Shown: one piece after another, positions 6,646 through 13,099 of the stretch
Layout: every line of letters begins with the position of its first letter
Numbering within the stretch: position 1 is the stretch's first letter
Assembly (NCBI GenBank): GCA_048882385.1
Contig: JBHLRQ010000083.1
Coordinates: forward strand, 1-13,099
Direction of reading: 5' to 3'
Length of the DNA: 13,099 bases
Origin: Candidatus Thorarchaeota archaeon
GTDB taxonomy: Archaea; Asgardarchaeota; Thorarchaeia; Thorarchaeales; Thorarchaeaceae
Position numbers and translations under genes: made by a program
The notes under the pieces: model-generated
The model's database searches: none
Told to the model about the DNA's origin: nothing
Seen by the model: the letters and a program-made list of their open reading frames with translations, nothing else

Positions 6646-8127
6646 ATGGTGATGGATCAGATGGATACTAGAAAAGTAGTTGGTCTCGTAATATCCGTGG
6701 TGTTGGCAGTGTCCCTTGTTGTTGTGTTTATCTCACTCCAAGCTCCACCTCAAAATAATGGTGATTCAGTAGATTCAACACCACCTGTTATTGTAATAAC
6801 AGGACCTGAAGCAGATGAGGAGGTCTATGGCGCTGAGGCTATAACATTCTCTGCGACTGATGAGAATGGAGTCGCAAGATCTGAGATATACATAGACGGG
6901 GTACTTACAGCAGTTGGTCAGTCATACAACTGGAACACGCTTGGTGTTTCAGATGGACCTCACACAATCACATGTCGTGCAAGAGACCCTAGCTCAAACT
7001 GGGCAAATTCATCCATCAACGTTGTCGTGAACAACTCAATCAGTTTCGACTCCGTAGATTTTGACCCAATATTCAAAGTCATGTCATACAATGTACAAGA
7101 GTCTGGAATTAATCCGGACTGGAAGGAAGTAGTCAAAGAAGAGAATGCTGATGTTATCATATTTGTTGAAACAGGTTACTGGGATGACGATGGGAGTGCA
7201 GGTTTAATTGCAGCTGTAGAGGAGTTCAATGCCTATTTCACAGAAGAAGATCCCTACGAAGGATTTTGTGCACAAGACATCTTTTTCTCAACTAGTGGAG
7301 AAGCTGTCCTGAGTCGGTTTCCTGTTCTTGCTTTCCGCCAAATCCAGTTTGTTTATCTCGACGATGAAACAGGTTATGATGTAACTCATGACTTCATTGA
7401 TGCAGTCATTGATATCAATGGTACAAGTGTGCATTTTGTTGGTTGTCATCTGAAGGCAGGTGGTGGTGATGACAATGAGAATAGAAGAGAGTGGGAGAAT
7501 GAAGGCATAATCAACTACTTTGATTCTCTCGGGGATGTTCCAATCGTGTATATTGGAGACCTCAATTCAGCTTCACCGGTAGATACAGGTCCTCTGGCAC
7601 CTGCTTGGGATCCTGGTACCGGTCCAATGACTATGCTCCTTGAGCCTGATGATCCAACATACGGACAATATTCTTCAGATGTCCATAATTTCACAGATGT
7701 ATTTCGGACTCTGAATCCAACTGACCCTGGCTACTCATTTGGTCATCAATACACTCCACAGGAAAGTCGCATCGATTACATCATCACTAACCAGTTCTTT
7801 GAGAATATGCTAGTGAATTCAACTGTTGGAGATACAGAACACGCATTCACTGGTGCAGACCATTACACAGTAGATGTATTCCTCAATTGGACAGGGCGTA
7901 TGAACGCAACAGCTCTAGGGTTTGATTATGATGAAACCCCTATCACGGATTTGAATCATGGTCTTAGTATAATCAATCAGGAATTGTCAGAGGAAAGTTT
8001 CAGTTTCCTCACAAATCAAATCGATGCTGGAGCTTCGGATAGAACAATGGCAAGTGTGTTGACAAAAGTGTCAACATTGGCTCTTGTAAAGACAAGAGGG
8101 GGTTTAATCTTCAGCACGTTATTATAG
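6646..8127 (+). CDS. Membrane-anchored Ig-like domain + endonuclease/exonuclease/phosphatase (EEP) family protein
   Basis: N-terminal TM. Bacterial Ig-like domain (DSTPPVIVITGP...SATDENGV...YIDG...WNT...DGPHTITCRARD). EEP motifs MSYNV, IFVE, LSRFP, CHLK, GDLN, RIDYI and ADH. The true start may be ATG 6661 (GGTGA at 6648-6652). Confidence 0.92.
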   Translation: MVMDQMDTRKVVGLVISVVLAVSLVVVFISLQAPPQNNGDSVDSTPPVIVITGPEADEEVYGAEAITFSATDENGVARSEIYIDGVLTAVGQSYNWNTLGVSDGPHTITCRARDPSSNWANSSINVVVNNSISFDSVDFDPIFKVMSYNVQESGINPDWKEVVKEENADVIIFVETGYWDDDGSAGLIAAVEEFNAYFTEEDPYEGFCAQDIFFSTSGEAVLSRFPVLAFRQIQFVYLDDETGYDVTHDFIDAVIDINGTSVHFVGCHLKAGGGDDNENRREWENEGIINYFDSLGDVPIVYIGDLNSASPVDTGPLAPAWDPGTGPMTMLLEPDDPTYGQYSSDVHNFTDVFRTLNPTDPGYSFGHQYTPQESRIDYIITNQFFENMLVNSTVGDTEHAFTGADHYTVDVFLNWTGRMNATALGFDYDETPITDLNHGLSIINQELSEESFSFLTNQIDAGASDRTMASVLTKVSTLALVKTRGGLIFSTLL

Positions 8128-11072
8128 GGTCCATCAAGACTGACTAAAACTCCCAAATCTTTCATGCGCTCCACTATGTAACGGGTTTCATCCTCAGCCG
8201 GTTCAAGGCTTTCACGGTTTCGAACCAGTTCAACACCAATAAAGAGACCATGTCCTCGCACATCACCAATGATTTCAAACTCATGCATAAGATCGGACAA
8301 CTGGGTCTTGAGATAGGTTCCTACCTCCAATGAATTTTGTTGGAGGTGTTCATTTTCAATCTCATCCAATACTGCCAGCCCTACAGCACAAGATACTGTA
8401 TTGCCTCCTGTTGTACTAAAGAACTCCATCCCAGTTGCGAAAGAATCTGCTATATCCTTGGTTGTTACGACTGCACCAATGGGATGTCCGTTCCCAATGG
8501 GCTTCCCCATCGTAACAATATCAGGGACAACTCCTTGGGTTTCGAATCCCCAGAAATGACTCCCCATTCGTCCGAAACCAACCTGGACTTCATCTGCAAT
8601 ACAAACTCCCCCAGCTTTTCGTATGTGTCTGAACGCTTCCTTCAAGTAGCCATCCGGGAAAACGATCTGACCACCACATCCCATCAGGGGCTCACAGATG
8701 AATGCAGCAACTTTACGACCCTGTTCGTTAATTCGTTCGATGGCATCTTGCACATCAACAGCATATTTCTTTCCTGTGTCCTTTCCTTTTATCTCTCCTC
8801 GATAGGGATCGGGCATACGTACGATCTGAACATGCAGAGGAGCTCTTTCACCACCAGGGCCATCATGTTTGTATGAACTGATGTTGATTAGTTCAGATGT
8901 ATTTCCATGATAGGCACCTGCAATCGCTATGATGTCATTCTGGTTCGTATGGGTTCTTGCAAGTCTTAGAGCCAGTTCATTGGCTTCACTCCCACTGTTT
9001 ACAAAGAAACAGACACTCAATTCTTTTGGTAGCTTGGAGCACAAACGTTCTGCGTACTTGGCAAGATTGTCATGGAGATATCTTGTGTTTGTGTTCAGAA
9101 CAGCAGCTTGCTGACTCAAAGCTCTGACAATGCGTGGATTACTGTGTCCAACTTGCGGAACATTGTTCCTCATGTCTAGGTACTGCCTTCCATTCTCGTC
9201 GTATAGGTATTGCATATAACCACGAACAATTTTCAGAGGAGTCCTATACGAAATACTAAGCGAGCGGCCAATGTGTTCATGACGAATACTTAGAATTTCA
9301 TCCTTGCTGAGCTCAGCTTTCGGGAATATGGATGCAGGAATTTCAAGGATCAGATTCGGATTTGGACAGATACTTAGCCAGACATTTCGTTTACTTGCAG
9401 GAGCAACTCCATACATATCACCCTCCCAATCCATCATATCGATTATGAGTTGAAAGTGGAGATGACAAGGCCACCCACCATTCTCAGGAAACTCTCCAAC
9501 ATTACCAATCTGTTCTCCTTTTTTCACTTTCTTGCCAATGGATAATTCATCCAATGAATTCTCGCTCAGATGGCTATATAGAACGAAAAATGATGGTCCA
9601 CCAGAGCCTGTTGGATATTCAATTACAATTGTTGGTCCATTGTCCAGTGGCTTGTCATTATTCTTGAAGCTATGAACTATCCCATCATAGATAGAATAGA
9701 TTGGAGTGTTTTTTTCTAGAAAGATATCGATAGCAATATGGATTGTACGATTTTCATCAGTATCTGTTCGATATTGATCGCCAGAGTAAATCAATCGAGG
9801 TTCATTGTAACGTCCAATTCCAATCTTCACCTTTGCTTCATCTAGTTTAGTCGAGATGAGATTTGAAAAATCCCTATAGTCAGCCAATTGATGTGGAGAA
9901 GATACATCAGTACTCCCTACACTCAGATCGAGTACAACACTGTTTGAAGAATCGAAACGTGTTCCGATAGGGCTTGACAACTTTCCTTTATTCTTTTTGA
10001 GCCAGTTTATTACCTTTGATGAACTAGGACATGGCTCTAATCCAGTGGCGGCTCGGATACAGTACATGGCATATCGAGGATGAATATCAATTAACTTCGA
10101 TAGAAGATCCCAAGCGGGTTTCTCACTTATTATCAGATACTCATTGTCTGGTTCCAATCTTTTCTGATACGCTGATACACACACACTTGTAGTCAGTCTT
10201 ATACATATCAACGGAAAGAGCAGTTCAAGTTCTGTTTCAGTCAAAGGAAACACAGAATGATACCCGTAGGTAATCTTCTGGATAATTCCTATTGGGTCAG
10301 GTTTTTCGAGAATGGCATACGCAATTGCAATGGCTAGTTCATTGATTGTATGTGAATGCACCATGTCACCAAAATCTAAGATACCAAAAGACCGTTTATC
10401 ATTGTCATAGGGAGAACTCACAATCACATTATTGTCATTTGCATCATTATGAATAACACTCGTTCTCAGTTCTTCCAGATGTGGTTCGACGAGAGTTTCA
10501 TAAAGATTCAAAAAACGCTCAACAAGTTTCTGCTTCATTGGGTCTAATATGTAATCTTTGAATTTTCCAATGGTGTCAGGTGCCAATTTCAGATCCCAGT
10601 AGAATTCTCGATGAGTTGCAGGATGATCAAAATCCGTGAGACTTTTGCTGATAGATCCTACAAACCTTCCAAAATCAACGAGCATGTCTGGACTTTGTGG
10701 ATTCACAGAAGCCATGACGCATCCGGGAATGTATGAAACAAGTCTAACATAATGCGTCTTTCCAGATCTAGTCTTGATCTGCGTGATTTCATTCCCATCG
10801 ATTGTCTTATGAATCTGCGGCGCTCTAGGTGATTCACTTTGAGCAGCAAGACACTGCATCGCACGATTTTGGAAATCAAGGGTTTCAAGTTTCTCGGACT
10901 CTGCAGCTATCTTCAGTACAAACTCAGTTCCACTGTCAGTTATGAGATGAAAATTCTGATCACGTTCACTAGGTAATTCATTCAGAGTGCCTGTTAAACC
11001 ATATAGACCTTCAACAATTTCCCTTGCACTATTCATATCGAGAGAGGGTCTTTTCGGATCTCGGGCATCCAT
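8016..11072 (-). CDS. Fusion: APH-family (hydroxylysine kinase-like) kinase + M23 peptidase domain + class III PLP aminotransferase-fold phospho-lyase (ETNPPL/PHYKPL-like)
   Basis: Kinase motifs [20 protein letters not shown] (aa 208) and LDFGD. M23 motifs HIAID (aa 445), YSHL and HLHFQ (aa 537). PLP domain motifs [38 protein letters not shown] (Lys857) and LKIKPP. Confidence 0.93.
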   Translation of the reverse strand: MDARDPKRPSLDMNSAREIVEGLYGLTGTLNELPSERDQNFHLITDSGTEFVLKIAAESEKLETLDFQNRAMQCLAAQSESPRAPQIHKTIDGNEITQIKTRSGKTHYVRLVSYIPGCVMASVNPQSPDMLVDFGRFVGSISKSLTDFDHPATHREFYWDLKLAPDTIGKFKDYILDPMKQKLVERFLNLYETLVEPHLEELRTSVIHNDANDNNVIVSSPYDNDKRSFGILDFGDMVHSHTINELAIAIAYAILEKPDPIGIIQKITYGYHSVFPLTETELELLFPLICIRLTTSVCVSAYQKRLEPDNEYLIISEKPAWDLLSKLIDIHPRYAMYCIRAATGLEPCPSSSKVINWLKKNKGKLSSPIGTRFDSSNSVVLDLSVGSTDVSSPHQLADYRDFSNLISTKLDEAKVKIGIGRYNEPRLIYSGDQYRTDTDENRTIHIAIDIFLEKNTPIYSIYDGIVHSFKNNDKPLDNGPTIVIEYPTGSGGPSFFVLYSHLSENSLDELSIGKKVKKGEQIGNVGEFPENGGWPCHLHFQLIIDMMDWEGDMYGVAPASKRNVWLSICPNPNLILEIPASIFPKAELSKDEILSIRHEHIGRSLSISYRTPLKIVRGYMQYLYDENGRQYLDMRNNVPQVGHSNPRIVRALSQQAAVLNTNTRYLHDNLAKYAERLCSKLPKELSVCFFVNSGSEANELALRLARTHTNQNDIIAIAGAYHGNTSELINISSYKHDGPGGERAPLHVQIVRMPDPYRGEIKGKDTGKKYAVDVQDAIERINEQGRKVAAFICEPLMGCGGQIVFPDGYLKEAFRHIRKAGGVCIADEVQVGFGRMGSHFWGFETQGVVPDIVTMGKPIGNGHPIGAVVTTKDIADSFATGMEFFSTTGGNTVSCAVGLAVLDEIENEHLQQNSLEVGTYLKTQLSDLMHEFEIIGDVRGHGLFIGVELVRNRESLEPAEDETRYIVERMKDLGVLVSLDGPYNNVLKIKPPLVFTRANVDTFVNTLAIVLSEAPASI

Positions 11073-11136
11073 GATCTTTTCATCCTTGACTAGTGATTTG
11101 AAAGATGTTCAATGCCATAAATGTAAGCGTTCTTTC

Positions 11137-12276
11137 TCAATATTTCTCTAGGAACTTTTCTAGGTCTAGAATGTACTCTTCTACAGGCATCTCCCATCGA
11201 CCCGTGGATTCGTTGTGGAGATGATAGAATCCGTGCATACCTCCAGGTATGAGGATAGGATTGACTATTGTCTGAAAGAAGTAGGAATCGAAGTGATTTC
11301 GGAGAGATTCGAACGCTTTCAAATAACCAACTAGATCACTCGAATTCATTGTGATTCTTACACAGAACTTGTTTGGCTTGTCGATGAATATCTCTCTGCG
11401 AAATGGAAGAAATCGAAAACAGTTCAACGCGGCTTCGTTAGGAGGATCGAGTTCCACAAATGTGTAAATTGTCATTGAATTAGGTGTAGGTGGAATCAGC
11501 CATAGTGATCCTCTGAGTACTCGCTCTTCCATGAGTCTTCGAATCCTGAATCTAACTTGCGTGTCTGACAGTCCTACAAGTTTACTGATTTCCTTTGGGG
11601 AAATATGACCATGGGTTTTAATTTCAGCAATAATGGCAATGTCTTTGTGATCATGATCCAGTGTTTTGTAGTCCCAATCAAATTCGAATCCTGAAGGTTC
11701 ACCTGCTTTGAATGCTTTCTCAGATTGATTCACCCAATCTCTCCAATCCCATGACCATCCAGTTGTTGGATTATACTTCGATAAATCTGCAGGTAGAGGT
11801 ATGAAATCAATGGTGTCGAATCGATAGCAGTTTTTGATGATATTCATCCTCTTAAGAGCTTGAATCAATCTGTCGATTATTTTTGGATTTTCTATCGGAA
11901 AACCCCCTGCTGTAAAAATGCCATTATACAATCCATAAGTTGCATAATTAATGTAGAGATTTTTGAAGCAGAAAAGGAACTCTCGGGAGAGATTTCGATA
12001 CTGTTCAGTCATTTCAAAGAAGAGACCCACTTCCCCCAGGCCAAGTTTGGCATCAAATGTTTGAGGCCATTTTCGGTGGAGGTGTCCTTTTTCCTTAAGT
12101 CGTCTAAGTCTGTATCTTATTGTACGTTCAGGAAATCCTAACAGCTCACCTAATTCTGGTGCTTTGCCAGTTCCACCGAGTTCAGTGACTGCACGCAGAA
12201 GCATTTCATCTGTAAGTTTCCGTTTTCGTTTTGGCACTTTCTTTGATTCTCCAAATTCTATCTTAATACTTCTCAA
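11137..12276 (-). CDS. Winged-HTH transcriptional regulator, double Lrp/AsnC-like architecture
   Basis: HTH1 ELGELLGFPERTIRYRLRRLKEKG and HTH2 DHKDIAII...EISKLVGLSDTQVRFRIRRL, each followed by a beta/alpha RAM-like region. The listed start is a TTG overlapping the upstream gene. In-frame GTG at 12237, with GGAGA 10 nt upstream, may be the real start. Confidence 0.85.
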   Translation of the reverse strand: MRSIKIEFGESKKVPKRKRKLTDEMLLRAVTELGGTGKAPELGELLGFPERTIRYRLRRLKEKGHLHRKWPQTFDAKLGLGEVGLFFEMTEQYRNLSREFLFCFKNLYINYATYGLYNGIFTAGGFPIENPKIIDRLIQALKRMNIIKNCYRFDTIDFIPLPADLSKYNPTTGWSWDWRDWVNQSEKAFKAGEPSGFEFDWDYKTLDHDHKDIAIIAEIKTHGHISPKEISKLVGLSDTQVRFRIRRLMEERVLRGSLWLIPPTPNSMTIYTFVELDPPNEAALNCFRFLPFRREIFIDKPNKFCVRITMNSSDLVGYLKAFESLRNHFDSYFFQTIVNPILIPGGMHGFYHLHNESTGRWEMPVEEYILDLEKFLEKY

Positions 12277-12373
12277 GGAACTTTTCTAAGCTCTGAATAT
12301 ACTCCTCTACTGGCATCTCCCATCGACCTGTGGATTCGTTGTGGAGATTATAGAACCCGTACATACCACCTGG
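11137..12373. repeat. Tandem gene duplication; most similar segments are 11137-11247 and 12263-12373
   Basis: Near-identical 3' ends, e.g. GGCATCTCCCATCGACC(C/T)GTGGATTCGTTGTGGAGAT in both copies. 32 of the last 36 residues are identical. Confidence 0.85.
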
Positions 12374-13099
12374 AACTAATCTAATATTCACACACGTCTG
12401 AACAAAATATGAGCGGAAATGAGGTCTAAGTGTTTCAAGTCCTCTAAGGTAGCCAAGCACATCAGTCGAGTTCATGGTTATTCGTACACAGAAACGATCA
12501 GATGAATCCATGATAATCTCTTTTCGGAAAGGCAGGTGAAGAAAGCAGGAAAATACTGGATGGTCAGGTTCTTCAATTTCGAAGAAGGTGTAAAGAATGA
12601 GAGTCATTGGCGTTTCTTCAGTCAACCAAGCAAACCCTCTGAGTACTCCAGCTTCTTTTAGCTGTCGAATTCTCATACCGATCTGCGTTTCTGACAGGCC
12701 AATCCTTTTGCTTAGTTCTCTGTGTGTTATTGACCCATATGCCTTCATTTGGGCGATAATCTCAATGTCCTTATGGTCATAATCAAATGGAGCTGGATTC
12801 TGGTCAAACTCAAGTTTGGAACGCTCGCCAACCTTAAGCGTCTTCTCAGATTCTTCAATCCAATCTCTCCAGTCCCAATTCCACCCCGTTTCAGGATTGT
12901 ATCGATGAAGATGACCAGAGAATGAAATAAAATCCAGGGTCTTCAACACATATGCATCCTTTATGATACCCATTTGTTTCATAGACCTAATTATTCTGTC
13001 AAGAGTCTGGGGAGTTCCGATGGGAAATCCCGCAGCAACCTGATATCCATTGAAGCGTCCATAAGAAACATAGTTAACATAGAAATTAGGAAAACAGTC
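12263..13099 (-). CDS. Paralogous double Lrp/AsnC-like wHTH regulator, 5'-truncated by the window end
   Basis: The frame stays open beyond ATG 12982 to the window edge (DCFPNFYVNYVSYGRFNGYQVAAGFPIGTPQTLDRIIRS), aligning with FCFKNLYINYATYGLYNGIFTAGGFPIENPKIIDRLIQA of the neighbour. It shares the WxWDWRDW motif, HTH2 and the C-terminus. Confidence 0.88.
   Translation of the reverse strand, partial: DCFPNFYVNYVSYGRFNGYQVAAGFPIGTPQTLDRIIRSMKQMGIIKDAYVLKTLDFISFSGHLHRYNPETGWNWDWRDWIEESEKTLKVGERSKLEFDQNPAPFDYDHKDIEIIAQMKAYGSITHRELSKRIGLSETQIGMRIRQLKEAGVLRGFAWLTEETPMTLILYTFFEIEEPDHPVFSCFLHLPFRKEIIMDSSDRFCVRITMNSTDVLGYLRGLETLRPHFRSYFVQTCVNIRLVPGGMYGFYNLHNESTGRWEMPVEEYIQSLEKFLEKY

Noticed and set aside
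3068-7160. Short antisense ORFs over the Trx-like, dehydratase, protease and EEP genes
   Set aside because: Antisense shadows with biased composition and no independent start signals.
8337-8876. 179-aa + strand ORF inside the fusion gene
   Set aside because: It is antisense to the highly conserved PLP domain and has no recognisable protein features. The ORFs at 8929, 10703, 11860 and 12597 are likewise shadow frames.
10177-10186. (AC)5 microsatellite as a phase-variation site
   Set aside because: It is too short and simply encodes S-V-C-V in an intact frame.
12237-12276. Frameshift fusion of the two regulators into one protein
   Set aside because: Both paralogues end identically at LEKY-stop, and the downstream gene has its own SD plus GTG.
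12263-12982. 239-aa ORF as a truncated pseudogene
   Set aside because: The frame is open and homologous to the neighbour up to the window edge, so it is only cut by the window.
11137-13099. Double-Lrp proteins as siroheme decarboxylase (AhbA/B, NirDL)
   Set aside because: There is no HxYxR catalytic motif and no haem biosynthesis genes nearby.
1-13099. CRISPR array, tRNA/rRNA, transposase/integrase or known defence system
   Set aside because: All intergenic gaps are 107 nt or shorter, with no spaced repeats or cloverleaf, and no ORF carries such motifs.

Overview
Gene-dense, AT-rich (roughly 40% GC by eye) archaeal-looking window with ten credible CDSs and no RNA genes, CRISPR array or mobile element that I can see. 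GGTGA/GGAG Shine-Dalgarno motifs, TATA-like boxes, sequon-rich membrane-anchored proteins and tandem double-Lrp regulators suggest an archaeon, most plausibly an Asgard (Thorarchaeia-like) genome; that placement is inference. In order, the genes encode: a small Cys-rich hypothetical protein; an AftB-like GT-C glycosyltransferase; an ankyrin protein with two capped stacks; an ArsD/thioredoxin-fold-like hypothetical protein; a PLP Ser/Thr dehydratase-family enzyme (-); a surface-anchored zinc metalloprotease; a membrane-anchored Ig-EEP nuclease/phosphatase; a 1018-aa kinase + M23 peptidase + class III PLP phospho-lyase fusion (-); and two tandem paralogous double-HTH Lrp-like regulators (-), the second cut by the window end. 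The most interesting points are the three-enzyme fusion with an intact cytoplasmic M23 site, an apparent circular permutation in the metalloprotease, a 112-nt convergent overlap covering the lyase KIK motif, and a possible regulated module for scavenging polymers and catabolising hydroxy-amino acids. The module idea is a hypothesis and is not shown by the sequence.
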